The notes beneath the pieces are model-generated. The model was not told where the DNA came from. It was given only the letters and a program-made list of their open reading frames with translations, and made no database searches. DNA of 64,000 nucleotides. Source: Vicugna vicugna (Eukaryota). The DNA is taken from assembly GCA_013265495.1 (NCBI GenBank), contig MU057724.1, positions 310,001-374,000 of the forward strand, given 5' to 3'. Position numbers and translations under genes: made by a program. Position 1 is the first letter of the stretch. The number at the start of each line of letters is the position of its first letter. Shown here piece after piece: positions 22,840 through 35,329 of the stretch.

Positions 22840-23075
22840 AGACTATGAAAAATAAGTTAAGAATGTGGTATCCTGGATTGGATCCTGGAATAGAAGAAGG
22901 ACATTAGTGAATTCAAGTAAGTCTGATCTCCGTAACAGCAGTGTGCTAACGCTAGCTCCTTGGTTTTGACAAATTCCCCATGGTGATGCTGGACGGGGAA
23001 GCCGGGTGAGGGTGTGTGGGGGCTGCGCTGAGTTTTAACTCTTCTGTAGAAACAAAGTTATTCCAAAATAAAACC
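22840..23075 (+). mobile_element. Old LINE-1 (L1M-type) 3' UTR fragment
   Basis: atgtggtatcctggattggatcctggaatagaagaaggacattagtg ... aagttattccaaaataaaa. Confidence 0.75.
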
Positions 23076-23681
23076 TGACAATGTCAGACAGAACAAGGTA
23101 AACATAAACGAATTCACGACCTTAAAAACTGACACCAAGTGTTGTCAGGCCCCCACTTCACAGGGAGGGGTGCAGTCTGGGTGCCCAGGGGTGCACACCA
23201 TCTCCTCACCGCAGCTCCCTGCTTAAAGCTCCAGCCAAGCGCCCTGCACGTGCAGACGCTCAGGGAGCACGGAACAGAGCAAGTCCAGACACAGTGACAG
23301 AACCTGGCACCACGTGGGAAAGCACACGGGCGAGTCTGGAACAGGGCATGGAGAAGGGGAAGCGTGGCGAGTCACCGTCAGCACCCTCTTTCCACATTTA
23401 CTTCAACAGCACAAGGCGGTTTTGAAAATAAGTAAGCAAATTTAATAAATAACGGAAGCCCCTTACCAGACAAAACAGGTACAAAACTCAAAACCATGCG
23501 TTTTGAATCCGAAAGGAGCTCTGGTCAACCTGAGACACGGCCCCCCGGGTGTGGGGTCAGAGGAGGCACGAGGCCCCGGGTACCTCTCCTCCGATCAAAC
23601 CACATACACTCGCGTCCTCACGGCCCACAGGGCCCCGAGTGGAAGGGGCGGCGCACAGCTCACACCAGCCGTGCCCCTCAC

Positions 23682-23831
23682 CTGTGTCTCATGACCTGAG
23701 TGAAGTCCTTGCTCTTTAACTGCAGGTACACATCCGCTATCGCCTCCGCGCGACACAGCACCACCTCCAGACACAGCGTCTTCATCACGCCGTGCAGTCT
23801 TGGCAGCAGGAACAGCACAGTGTTCATGAAC
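23682..23831 (-). CDS. PRKDC: DNA-PKcs exon ~54 (150 nt)
   Basis: [27 protein letters not shown]...[11 protein letters not shown]; acceptor cgccag, donor gtgagg. Confidence 0.95.
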
Positions 23832-23924
23832 CTGGCGGTAGGAGGCCGGTGAGCAGAGGCACCGGCCCCTTCTCCCTCCACCCCCACCCGTGGGCGAGGT
23901 GAGGGTGGGGCTGACCCCCTCCAC

Positions 23925-24049
23925 CTGTCAGCGAGAGGAGGGAAGTTCTTCGCAGCTCTGCTCAAACACACGATGAACTTGTCCTCCATGGTGTTCTGAA
24001 GCTGCCTCAACTGTTTCACCACCAGCTCACACACAGACTCCGCCAGCAT
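23925..24049 (-). CDS. PRKDC: DNA-PKcs exon ~53 (125 nt)
   Basis: [41 protein letters not shown]; acceptor tttcag, donor gtggag. Confidence 0.95.
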
Positions 24050-25814
24050 CTGAAAGATGAAGTTTCTTCTCAAATATACGTTAAGTGAAAACTTAGTTTA
24101 AGCACTGAAAGGAGGTGTACGAGCAGTTACATGACCAGCCAGGAGAGCGTCCCCAGGCGGAGGCGCCAGAGGGGGCTTGGACCAGAAGCTCCGGGCTCAG
24201 CCGAAGCCCCAGGTCAGGAGTCAGAGGACAAGATTACCTCCTTCTGACACCAAAACACGGCCAGCAAGTCACTTGACAAGCGAGAGTAAAACCAGAGACT
24301 AAATGCTGCTCAGGACACGTTCCATGACGTCGGTGTCCACGTGTCTGGTCAGACACTCACGCACCAGGACTTCAGGGAGCCCTGCTGTCTGCCCTGGTCC
24401 CACTCCATCACCTCGTGCCTACGTGTGCGCAGTCCCCATGGGCTCCCTGGCTGGCCTGGCCTCTGCTGGCTGCACTGGGGCTGAGCCAACGAGGAGCGCC
24501 AGCCTAGGGGCCGGGTGAGACGAGGAGCAGCCCTGACTGGAGCCCACGACCCAGGGGTGAGACAGGTCAGTGGTCAGAACCAGAGGGACCCTTGCTTCTC
24601 GGCCTGACTCTGCTGCCAAACTTCTGAGCTAAACCAATGCCATTTTATGGTATTGATAAGAACTATGTAAAACAAAAAGGTTTATCATTCCCATTAAGTT
24701 CAAGTTTAAGCCGAGAGAGCTTAAACCTGGGATCTGCTGTAATGTGCCCCATCTGTGGTGGGAACAAAGCACTGTTTAGGGACATGAGAACCGTGTCGTA
24801 ATATTCTGAAGTTAAAATTTTTTTTTTATTTTACAAAAATAGCTGGTAATCCCTAAGTAAACTGTAAGTGAAGTCTGACCCCCCCCCAAGTGGGTCTGTT
24901 TCCTTTCAGCTTAATTTTCTTCTAAATCCCAACAAACGCCTAATTGATGAACTGGGCGGGGGTGCAGGATGCCACGGGGTCGGTGCCCTGGGGACCCCTG
25001 ACCGCCCGAGTCTCTCCCTGCCCCTCTGACCGGGACAGAGCCCAGACTCCACTGTTTCCTTCTGGGGGAGGCGGAGGGGTGGCCGGAGACCAGCACTGCC
25101 GTTCTTAAAGCCAGTGGCCGGGGTGCTGGCAGGGGAGCGCTGAAGGGAAGAGGGCCAGACCCAGAGCCGGGGAGGGAGACGAGGGCCCAGCGTGTCACCC
25201 TGGACAGTCCGCCACCGGGTGCCTTGTCACGATGGGTGACGGCCCCGCAGGCCCCAGCATGGAGCCCCACTCAGTTAACCCCGGGGGTTGGCCTGGGAGC
25301 TTTGAGTTAACCTGCAATTTACACACAGCCCACGTGGCTGGACGCACCCTCCGTGACCTCGGTCACCGAGGACACAGCGTGCTGGGCGCGCGGGGCCTGA
25401 AGGTGACGCAGAGTGGGCCGGGCAGCCAGCAGCCCTCCCTGAGAGGCCCTCTCAGTCTGGCAGCTGCTCACAGCAGAACAGCAGGCAGGGGCCTGGGCGG
25501 GTCACCTTCACGCTGCCCGGAGCTCAGGGCTTGCTCCTCCAGGGCACCTTCCTCCAAAAGGGAGCCCTGAGGCCAAGCGCAGAGGAAGGAAAGCTGGTCA
25601 AACAAACACTCATATCCTGACTTTTACAATGAAAGTAAGTTACCAGTCTTTAAATATCTGCCAAGTTTCCAAGAGTTTAAAAAAAAGTCATTTCTTCCTT
25701 CAAAAAAGCTGAGTAGGAAAGAGTAAACTATTAATAAACACAGAAGGCCCACTTGGTTTCCTACAGAAGGCACGGGGATCAAGGCACGTCAAGTCACAAC
25801 CAGAGCACACTCAC

Positions 25815-25926
25815 CTCGTCCCTCTCGGAAACGTACCGAAGAACAAGCCCGAGGACCTCTGCAGCCGCCGCGTACACCTCTTTGTATTTCACAAAGGACA
25901 TGTTACTGACCAGAGCCTCAAAGTAC
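25815..25926 (-). CDS. PRKDC: DNA-PKcs exon ~52 (112 nt)
   Basis: [37 protein letters not shown]; acceptor ttgcag, donor gtgagt. Confidence 0.96.
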
Positions 25927-26827
25927 CTGCAACGAACGGCGAAGAAAACACGCATAAAGCCCTCCACCCGCTGTCACAAGGGCATCACAGCCTCGCTCCT
26001 GGCGCACACGGGACGCAGGAGCCTGAACGGCCCCAAGGCACCTGTGCGGCTCCGACACGCAGCCTGCGACTCGGCCGCAGGACCTGCTGCAGGGAACAGA
26101 GCCACCCTGGGCCTGCGAGACATCAGCCTTGACCTGAGATCAGACATGCCAGCCCCTGCAGAGCCGTCCACGCGACCAGAGAAGGAAATGCCGGGCGGAG
26201 GCTCCCCGGCCTCAGACGGCAGGACGTGAGCGCAGGTAAGGCCACGCTTCCCGTGAATCTGTGCTGCGCTGCTCGTCGGCCTGTCTGCCTGGCCACTGGG
26301 GCACCTGGGGCAGCCAGACCACGAGACCTTCCAGAGAAGTGGAGAGCTCGGGGCACGTGCTGACGTCTACCAAGTAACCGACCTCTCAGGTGCGAGACCC
26401 CGGGGGTGGGAGCCGCGTGGCTGCGGCTGCGGCTGCGGCAGAGCTCAGGGAAGGGCAGCAGCGTGCGGCCACCCCTCGTGCTCCTGGCCCTGGGATGAGG
26501 CTCCCCAGGGCTCACGCCGCCTTTGGGAGTAAACGCCGAAAGCGCCAGCTTAGAACGGAAACAGCTAACGTCCAGTCTGACAAAACCACACAAACTCTAA
26601 TTTTGTCTGATTTTTCATCTTTAAAAATACACTTTCTTCATTCAATTCACTCACACGTTTCTTCTCCGAAATGACCTCTAAACCCAACTATCTAAATTCA
26701 GGCAGATATTTTCAACATGGGTTCTGGTCCTTACGTTTCTCAAAACGAAACCACACTCCCAGCCTCCAAGCTGACTCAGGGGCCCTTCACCCTGAAAAGC
26801 AGCAGATCAGGACAGCGCAACACTTAC

Positions 26828-26959
26828 GTCGTGCTTTCGACACCACACCTTGAGTCGTAGGGAGGCAAGTCATTAGCCATCACGATGCCGAGTAACTGAA
26901 TTCCCACTGAATTGTCTTTAGCATTACGATCTTTACTGGAAAACTTTTCAAATATTAAC
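26828..26959 (-). CDS. PRKDC: DNA-PKcs exon ~51 (132 nt)
   Basis: [35 protein letters not shown]; acceptor tttcag, donor gtaagt. Confidence 0.96.
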
Positions 26960-27491
26960 CTGAAACGTGAGCAGAAAGGAAAAGTAGAGACTGTCAGGTA
27001 CACGAGGCAGGAAGACAGACACAAACCTTCTGCGGCTACTTTCCAGGGTAAGAAACCCTTTCTCTTTTCCAAGCCCCTCTGCTCACATCCAGGTTCCTCC
27101 AGCTCCAGAACACGGGCAGGTCGGTATTTCTTACACGCTAACTACTTGCCCCATTCTCCCTTGGTGGACAGTAAGATCTGCAGCAAGTCTGGGCCTGCCC
27201 AGGCTGTGCTGAAAGGGGTAATCCCGGGCAGGAGGCCGGAAGGGAGGGTGCACCCCACACGCCCAGAGGCACAGAGGGCTGCCTGGAGGCGATGGCCCCA
27301 GCGGTGTTTCCGGTACCAGACGGAGGCTGTGGCCTGTGAGTGGCAACGTTACACCTTGTAGAGAGACTCCACTTCAGGTTACGTCCTTGCTTCCCTCACT
27401 CCAGATGACAAAGGCTCACCGTGACCATCACGTGCAGCACGCCACACATACGAGAACGTTAAACCTACAGCAACATCCAGTAAACGTGTAC

Positions 27492-27643
27492 CTGTAAGGC
27501 ACGGACAAGCACTCCTTCCAGCACTCGGTGAGGGTTTTTATAATCTCAAGATTATGTCTAAACACAGCTCTTTTCTGATGAAAAACGTGTTTCATTAGGA
27601 AATGAAGCAGTCGATTCGCTAACACTTCGTCTTTAGGGACCCC
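27492..27643 (-). CDS. PRKDC: DNA-PKcs exon ~50 (152 nt)
   Basis: [38 protein letters not shown]...VPY; acceptor ttttag, donor gtacac. Confidence 0.96.
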
Positions 27644-27959
27644 CTAAAAAGGCACAGAAATTCCACATGAACCTTTATTGCGTTCCATGCTGGGAAAGCA
27701 CTTTTGAATCCAAAAGCCTGTTTATGAAAGAGAGCGGGTACTGTACTGAGGAGTCTGGGCCGCGGTGAAAACCCACGCGAGCTTGTTCAGATCCGACCAC
27801 AGGTGACTACAAAGGCTTTACCTGGCAGGGCCCAGGGAAGCCGCCCTCCCCCGCCCGCTGGAGGCAGCCAGGCTGCACCCGGGGGCTGCCGGATCTCGGG
27901 AGCCCCTGCGGAGGGCTCCACAGGACCCACTTCACTCCAGGGAGGATGCCCGTTCTCAC

Positions 27960-28100
27960 CACAGGAGTGGCCGACCCCGTCCACGAGAGCACTGTTGCCA
28001 CTATCTCGACCACCATGTAGTGAATCCCCTCCCCGCTGCTCTCAGAAGCCGCCAACTGCAGCAGGGGGCCCAGCCAGTGCCTCGCGTGAGGGCGGAAGAC
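27960..28100 (-). CDS. PRKDC: DNA-PKcs exon ~49 (141 nt)
   Basis: [47 protein letters not shown]; acceptor tcccag, donor gtgaga. Confidence 0.96.
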
Positions 28101-29019
28101 CTGGGAGAGAGTGCGAGAGCCCAAGGTCAGAGTGGCTCTCGTGACCGAGGTGCGATTTCCCGAGCACAGCTGTAATGTTAGGACTTGACCCAAGTCCAAA
28201 CCAGGTGAACCCCAACAGCGATGCTGCCCATCGGGGGCCGTCAGCTCAACGCTCTGTACTTTTCACTGACCGCTCCCCTAAGCCTCTCTGATGTGACTGT
28301 GCCTGTAGAAATAAAAATGGAAATGCTCTGTACCAGCCGCGCCCCAGTGGGCAGCACAAGGTCGAGCAAACGACAGGGTGCATGAAAACCAGGAATATAA
28401 AAATCAGGTGTGTACAACTCTTCTCACCCCTTCCTGCGCTGCAGGACGTCACACGCCCAGGACCCCTGAGGCCTAAACTCCTCGATTTTAGTTCAGAAGC
28501 TGCAGTAACCGAGGCTGTCTGCTGTGACCTCTGCCACCTGCTTTGTCTCCCAAACGCCTCCTCGGGGATTTCTCATCTGCTCTCACAGTTAAATCTGTCT
28601 GGTCGCAGATCCTTTCTCATCATGTGCTCTTAAGTAAAATAAAAAACTATGAACGCTCCCCACGTCAGTCTGTTGGTTCATCCATAAACTGTAAATACAA
28701 ACTTCATTACTGTTATTGAACTGTAAAAAAAGGATAAATTAAAGGTTCAAATTTTAAAAACGTATGTGAATACAAGCTCTCACCCTCACCCCCATAAGAC
28801 AATGGCCACCTGTTGGGAAACCGCTGCCCTAACCGCCCCCGAGCCCCAGGTGTGCATGACGCCGCAGGGCCCCCTTCGGGGTGCCCCAAGGCTCCACGTC
28901 ACAGGTGGGCCAGCAGCCTCGTGTTGAACCAGAAAACAGGCACCAGCTCCTTTCTGTCTGCCATCAAGTCCTCATGATGGGAACGTGAGCTCGAAACCCC
29001 ATGTGGGCCGAGCCGTGGA

Positions 29020-29300
29020 CCCAGAAGGCTGCTCAAGTCCTGCCTCTCAGTACCTGTGACTGCCCGTCTTCAGAAACGGGGTCTCTGACGATCACTGCGT
29101 CACTGAGATGGGCCTTAATCCAATGACTGTGTCCATAAAGGGAAACTGTTACACACTGAAACAGGCACAGAGAGACAACTGGGCCGTGCACAGGAGACTG
29201 TCCACAGGCAGTTCCCAGAAGGAACCGACCAGCCGACGCTGTGGAATCCAGAGTTCCTGTCGCCTGAGCCCCGGAGCTGGAATCAGGCGTGGCCCTGAGG
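29020..29300 (+). mobile_element. MaLR (MLT1-like) LTR fragment
   Basis: ctcagtacctgtgactg, gatgggccttaatccaatgactgtgtccataaaggg, cagaaggaaccgaccagccgacg. Confidence 0.65.
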
Positions 29301-29786
29301 AGGGGCGGCTGCAGCCCCAGGCCAGCACCCTCAGGAGCCCCCTTCGCTGGCGACGGGGCCGGGCCACCCACCCCACTTGGCCAGCTCTGCTCACACCGCT
29401 CGTCCGTGTGCGGTGTGGACCCCAGCACTGTCCACCCACTGCCCAGGTGCTACGTGTGACAGAGCCACGTGTGGCCACCAGACACGCTGAGCAGCGACGT
29501 GGGAGCTCACTGTTGTTCAGGAAGAGTTAACAGGGACGATGTCACCCCTTCTCTGCCACAGTAAACCAAGAAGCTGGCAGGTACAGGAGACCTGCCAACG
29601 TACTTTATAAAAGGGTCACTTCTCACAAGAAAATGAGGGAAGAGTGACACTGAGCAAGTAACGCAGACCGGCTGCTCTGTTCAGAGCAGTGCCGCCCTCT
29701 GTCCCTTTACTGCTCTTCACTGTGGGCTCCCTGAAGCAGATGCACGTGATTGCAAAGCATTTTTAGAGACAGAATGAAGTACTTAC

Positions 29787-29906
29787 CTCTTCTGTGTTAA
29801 CAACAAGCTTGGCCAAGAAGAGACGGACGTTTAATGACACTGACAGATTCCCTAGTTTGTCGTGAAGAAACTTCATCCAAGGAGGAAGATTTCTTGGCAC
29901 CGAACC
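29787..29906 (-). CDS. PRKDC: DNA-PKcs exon ~48 (120 nt)
   Basis: [40 protein letters not shown]; acceptor tttcag, donor gtaagt. Confidence 0.96.
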
Positions 29907-30107
29907 CTGAAATGACACACTCAGAATTACTTTAGAAAGTGGACTAAAACAGCTTCACCTCATGACATCGTGAGACAAAGACAGAGCAAGATGTGAGCAA
30001 CGAGACATCAGGCCTGAGCAGAATCTGGAGTGGTCTTGGATGCTAAGCATCCGTCCTGACACGACAGAGGATGGTGGAGAGTGAGGTGGGGGTGGGGCAG
30101 AACAGAC

Positions 30108-30245
30108 CTCTCCTCCCATGGGCGCGGCCGGAACCCGCTGCAGGTGCCTGACCAGGGCGGCCAGCGGGGCCATGCACTCATGCCGGTTCAGCTCATCCAG
30201 CTCCAGCTCCAGCATGTCGCCTTGGGTCACCGCATGCCTGTGCTC
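30108..30245 (-). CDS. PRKDC: DNA-PKcs exon ~47 (138 nt)
   Basis: EHRHAVTQGDMLELELDELNRHECMAPLAALVRHLQRVPAAPMGGE; acceptor tcccag, donor gtctgt. Confidence 0.94.
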
Positions 30246-30735
30246 CTGGGAGGGAGAAGCCCGTGAGGTAGGTACATGCCGGGATCTGGCGTCCACAACA
30301 GCAACCTCACAGAGGACACACAGCGGTCCCCTCACTGCCCAGCCGCACACCAGCTCACGTCCCCCCATGGCCCAGGAAGGCTCTTCCCCACCCGCCACAC
30401 TCCAGTCACAGCATCCGCGCAGACAAAGATCCTTCCAGATGTGTGTGTCCCGGAGGCCCCAGAACCCTCAGCACACTGAGAGCAACGGTCTCCGAGAGCC
30501 TCAGTCACCACCTCCTGTAGGAAGTGCAGCTACTGAGCTGTGATTACAGGTAAGAGTTTACCCTTTTTTTCCTCAGGAGTCTGAAAACCTTTGCAAACTC
30601 CCTAATTTGACTCCAGACTTTACCAAGCCCTCCCGCCCTCCCTCCCTCCCTGAGCGCCCCAAGAGGGGAGGCTGGAGCCCCGTGGTCCTCTGGGCCCCCC
30701 TTCCCTTGCAAACACCGACAACATTCTTTAATCAC

Positions 30736-30884
30736 CTGTCCCCGGGAACGGCCAGCTGCAGATTTAGGGTCTTGGGAACCGTAGGAGTAGCTCTGAACTC
30801 CAGTTGAGAAATCGAACTGACTCATTTCCTCAGTCAGGCTGCTGTCCTCCAGGTGAGACAGGGAGAACATGTAACGGGGGCCAC
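30736..30884 (-). CDS. PRKDC: DNA-PKcs exon ~46 (149 nt), PQR (S2056) phosphorylation cluster
   Basis: [50 protein letters not shown]; acceptor cggcag, donor gtgatt. Confidence 0.96.
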
Positions 30885-31835
30885 CTGCCGGGGGGGGAAG
30901 GAAACACTCAAGCCAGGGGAAGCCCAGGTGGTGCGGGCGTCGAGGACGCTCAGCCGAGGCGCCACCAGCCCACGGTCCTCGCCCACCACCCAGGCTAACA
31001 GAGCCGAAGGGCCTGGGGGACCTCCTCTGCTCCAGCCTCCTGAGCAGTCACCCTCCGGTGGAGAACAGAGAAATTGACTTGAACTGGATCCAATTTTTGG
31101 ATGGGATACTAACAGAACTTCCTTACACTAAAAATTTTGATGTCATACATTTTTGCCCAGAAATAACATAAATGTGGCAAAAATTGCCAGTGAAAAACAA
31201 CTAATCCAAAATACATAAGGAATTTAGAAAACTTACCCAAATTTTATTCTCAAACCAAGAAAAAAATAACTATGAAGAAAAATTAAGCAAAAATTGAAAC
31301 AAGGAGCATGTGGAGGGACAGAGGGCTGATTCTAAGTGGGGAGGACAAAGAACCTCCTACTGAGGCTGCATCAGACTAAGGGTCACGGGCCACGCTGACC
31401 TCTGGGCTGAGGGGATGCCACAGCCAAGGCCCTGGGGCACAGGGCACAGCGAGCGGATGGGGGGGGAGCTGTCCCAAGGGAGGTGTGGCTGAGGGGAGTT
31501 TTGGAGCAGGAGGGCAGGATGGGGCTTGTGTTTCCACAGACTTCTGGCCAAGCCGAAATCCCAGGCAAACATGATCCAAAAGCAAGTAAACAGACAGCAA
31601 GCCCAGCCTGCACCTGTGGAAGGCGTCCCAGGCCTGAGCCCCCCCTGGACTCTGAGATGCATCTACAGCGTCAGAGTCCAGCCAACTAGGTTTCTTGCAA
31701 AGTGCAATTCTACTTGCCACTCGAAGATAAAATGTTCAAACTGCAAGGTTTTGAGGTGTTTAAAATATTGCTAAAATATGCATACAACAAACACCAACCA
31801 CTGGACTCTTCCCCATCACTCTGGGCGCGTGCTAC

Positions 31836-31908
31836 CTGAACCCCCACTCGCGGCCTCCCTGGCTTCTCTCCTGATTTCAGTGTACCTCTTCTTTCTTTCC
31901 AGAGGGAC
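31836..31908 (-). CDS. PRKDC: DNA-PKcs exon ~45 (73 nt)
   Basis: VPLERKKRYTEIRREAREAASGGS; acceptor tgatag, donor gtagca. Confidence 0.95.
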
Positions 31909-32825
31909 CTATCAGGCAAAAACAAGCAGACGATTCAAAATTCTTTTGAATCATAGTCACACATTTTCTATTTTTGTAGCAGTCTGGCAAAACCCCACAA
32001 TTATTAACTTTAAATCAAAACTTCTATCAAATGGAAAAGCCCTGAAAAACACCCACAAAGGGTTCCCACAGACGCCCACGAGGCTGGTGCTCCCCGGGGC
32101 CTGGGACCCGTGTGGGCCGAGCCCCTCCGGCCACGTCCTACTTGCACGGTTGTGACAGGTCAGCACATCTTAGAGCTGCTGGAAAGCTTAGAAGTCACAC
32201 ACGGCAAGTGTTTGAATGCTTAATAACCAGGCTATTCTTATGATTTGTTGTTAGTTCTCTGAACATAGGCCTAGAAAAACCTTCCCAATCTGGTTCCAAA
32301 AGGCAGGAAGTAACCACTTACCTGAAGTGGAGCCACTAAGACAGGGTCAAGGTTAGCAGCTGTGCGAGATCGGAGTGCCCTCTCCCCACGCTGTGCCAGG
32401 CCGCAACCACCGCCCCCCCACCACCAGGGGGTGCCTAAGATCCGGTCGCCCCTTTGCCAGGGCGCCCCCTCCCCGGGTCTGCCGGGACCCGCAGCAGGAC
32501 CCCAGGGTCCTAATCCTGAGATGGGGGGGTCTCAACCCCTCTGACCAGAGGAGCTTGCTCAGACAACAGCTTTGCGGATGTGCCCTGACAGCTCTTCTAC
32601 TGGCATTTTCTCTCCTTCACAGGCTGAAGGAGACCTGGGTTACGATGAACTTCTTGTAGGTGCCTGGGATTGAATCTCAGATGGAACTGTAAGGAACCGC
32701 CAGTTTTTACAGCTAAAAGCAGACTTGAGTGTGGAGATTGTAGAATGTTACATATATATCAGCGTAACACATGCTTTTCTCTGCAAGCATCCGGTAAGTT
32801 TTTAACTTAGAAAAATCTCACTCAC

Positions 32826-32891
32826 CTCCACTTCTATGGGAAACGTGTAGCAGCGCCTCAGGTCCATTAGATTTTCAAAAATAAGCACATT
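32826..32891 (-). CDS. PRKDC: DNA-PKcs exon ~44 (66 nt)
   Basis: NVLIFENLMDLRRCYTFPIEVE; acceptor ctgcag, donor gtgagt. Confidence 0.95.
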
Positions 32892-33083
32892 CTGCAGATG
32901 CAAAAACCGTACTGTGAGCGGTGGAGACACTGAGTGCTAAGTGCTACATGACGCTCCTCCAGGAGAGTCGGACAAGCACCGAGCTGACAACGCGCGCGGG
33001 TGGGACCGGGTAGGGGACGGGACATGCACACGGGGGCGGGGGATGACATCTCAGCTCACGGGGACCCGCAGCCAGGCGCCTAC

Positions 33084-33252
33084 CTTCTCCGGCTTCTCAC
33101 TGAACAGGAAGCCCTGGAAGAACCTGAGCTCCGTGAAGACGCAGCAGGAGACGGCGATGGCGCAGTTGTAGGCGGCGCAGTGCAGCAGCCTCCGCCTCTC
33201 CAGCAGCCGCTCCTCCCCAGCCATGTTCTCAGTGAATGTGTCATAGCACAGC
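33084..33252 (-). CDS. PRKDC: DNA-PKcs exon ~43 (169 nt)
   Basis: [32 protein letters not shown]...FLFSEKPEK; acceptor ccacag, donor gtaggc. Confidence 0.96.
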
Positions 33253-33558
33253 CTGTGGGGCGGGCCCAGGAGCAGTCAGGTCCCCGCGCGGGACGTCACT
33301 CACCCAGGATACCGGGTGCCCCCACCGTGGCCGCCCGTGGAGGGCCACAAGTAGGCCGAGACCAGGCCAGGGGCCGGACGGCAGCCCAGCCTGACGATCA
33401 CACATCTGAACTGAACTCTGAGTTGGAAGTCAGCAGAGGAAAGGCCACAGGCTCCAGGGGTCAGCGCCACCCCCCATGCGGGGTGGAGGGCGCAGCGGCA
33501 GTGACCACGGTGACAGCCTCACCGAGTGGCCCGGCCTCCGTCCTGCCCACTAGGGTCA

Positions 33559-33681
33559 ACTGCATGAGCACAGTGTAGACAGACATCACCACGCCCCCAT
33601 TCACACTGCTCGGGGCCGACTGCGTGTGGGCACAGTGTAGACAGACACCACCACGCCTCCCCGTCCACACTGCTCGGCCGC
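33559..33681. repeat. ~60-bp tandem duplication (2 copies)
   Basis: gcacagtgtagacagacaYcaccacgcc...cacactgctcgg occurs twice in direct succession. Confidence 0.9.
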
Positions 33682-34309
33682 TCCACATGCCCACAGAGCT
33701 GGAAGTGGTTACTGTCCAGCCCTTCACAGAGCAGCTTGCCGACCTCTGAGACTGAGGACAAGGCCCAGGGAAAGGGAACGGTCGGTTCACACAGCAGGGG
33801 AGCCTGGCTCTGGCAGCGGGGTGGGCAGAGCTGAGAATGATGAGCCTCAGTGCAGTGAGGACGATCGGGCAGGAGCCACCACGGGGGCTCTCCAAGGGGC
33901 ACCAGAGCTGTGACCGATGGTGGACTGAGGCAGTGAACCGAGGGCACGGGTCCCAGGGTGCCGCAGAGACAGAAGCCATCGGCTGCAGGCCTGGCTGGTG
34001 CGAGGGTGCAGAGACCCCGATGAAGAAGAAACAGCGCAGCCCCCAAGGCCCCTGTCTGTGCAAACACGGGGACGCGGCGGTCACTGAGGGGCACCGTGGG
34101 GGGTCGGGGGCCTGTCAGAAGTCGCTTCATGCAGCACCTGCTTGAAGCAGGCAGCACTCCCTTCACATCAAACAACTGGAAAAGAAAGACACACTAAACC
34201 CCTCTGTGCTGTAAACCCTGCCGCTAATCACACACCAGGCTGCTGAGAGGAAACAGCAGGAAAAAGACAGTGAAGGAAAAAGAGCTTCGGGGGAGGAGAT
34301 AAACTGGGC

Positions 34310-34504
34310 GTTAGAGATCTGATACACAAGTCCATGCTGTGTAACACAGGGAACTGTGTTCGGTATCTTGGAGTAACTTACGGTGAAAATTATGAAAACG
34401 AATACATGTGTGTTCACGTATGACTGAAGCATTATGCTGGACACCAGAAACTGACACACTGTAAACTGACCATACTTCAATGAAAAAATATATATACAAA
34501 AAAA
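34310..34504 (+). mobile_element. 5'-truncated LINE-1 3' end with A tail
   Basis: tatgaaaacgaata...gttcacgtatgactg...acaccagaaa...tgtaaactgac...tacttca; same subfamily as 50390-50625. Confidence 0.85.
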
Positions 34505-34688
34505 GCTTTATTTTTTAAGAAATAGGTGTATAGGATAAAACACGTTAAACACGTTACCTAGTAACATGGTGAATCAAAATCCATCTAAGTAGCTTGTACA
34601 CAGGAAAACCATAAAAATTCAGCATTTAAACAGTTGTTCACATTATATACCTGCATAAAAACGCATGCATGAAAAATACTAACAAATT

Positions 34689-34807
34689 GGAGGGAGGCTG
34701 TAGCTCAGTGGTAGAGCACGTGCTTAGCAGGCACAAGGTCCTGGGTCTGATCCCCAGCACCTGTTCTAAAAATAAACCAATAAACCTAATTACCTCACAC
34801 CAAAAAA
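34689..34807 (+). mobile_element. Camelid-type tRNA-derived SINE (Vic-like)
   Basis: tagctcagtggtagagc (A box), gtcctgggtctgatcccc (degenerate B box), aataaacctaattacc 3' part, A tail. Confidence 0.9.
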
Positions 34808-34943
34808 GAGACTGCTTCCCTAGGGAATGTGAAATAAAACCAACACTAGCTTGCAAAGCAAGCACAAGGGGTCCAGGAAAGGCCTGACTGAGAGAAGACG
34901 CGCTGACAGACTCAGCACGACCCACAGTTAGCGAGAGCCTTAC

Positions 34944-35122
34944 TTGATGAGTGTCTTCGTGAGCTCGTTTCCTTCTGCAGCACACGAGCCGTGGAAGGCC
35001 TGATTAACTCTAGACTCCTGCGAGTGAACAGCGTCCTTCGGAAGCCGGGAATACATCACCTCAAGCACCTTATAGTAGCCCATCTTCCTGGCGATCTGAG
35101 TGCCAAAGATGGATTCGTTCAG
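34944..35122 (-). CDS. PRKDC: DNA-PKcs exon ~42 (179 nt)
   Basis: [30 protein letters not shown]...GNELTKTLI; acceptor ttttag, donor gtaagg. Confidence 0.96.
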
Positions 35123-35329
35123 CTAAAAAAAAAAAGACAACAAATGATATCTCTGGTCCTATCAAACATGAAAAATATTTTATTGAATGTCAAATTTAAT
35201 ACTCAGCGTCCTTTACATCGAAAAGAACTTTAACAAAGACTCTAACGCACTTCAATAAGCGACAGCCCAGGGTTCAAAACGTGGGTCTCAGTATCGATGT
35301 GTTCTATTCAGCTAGCAGCAAACATTGAC

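Noticed and set aside
29907..30107. 201-nt (3n) intron as an in-frame retention candidate
   Set aside because: The read-through frame stops at 29955-29957
32892..33083. 192-nt (3n) intron as an in-frame retention candidate
   Set aside because: In-frame TGA at the 11th intronic codon
33461..34175. Two intronic minus-strand ORFs of 207 and 218 aa
   Set aside because: GC-rich intron with overlapping open frames and no protein similarity that I can recognise
34689..34770. tRNA gene
   Set aside because: The B box is degenerate, the SINE-specific 3' segment and A tail follow, and several diverged copies exist in the window
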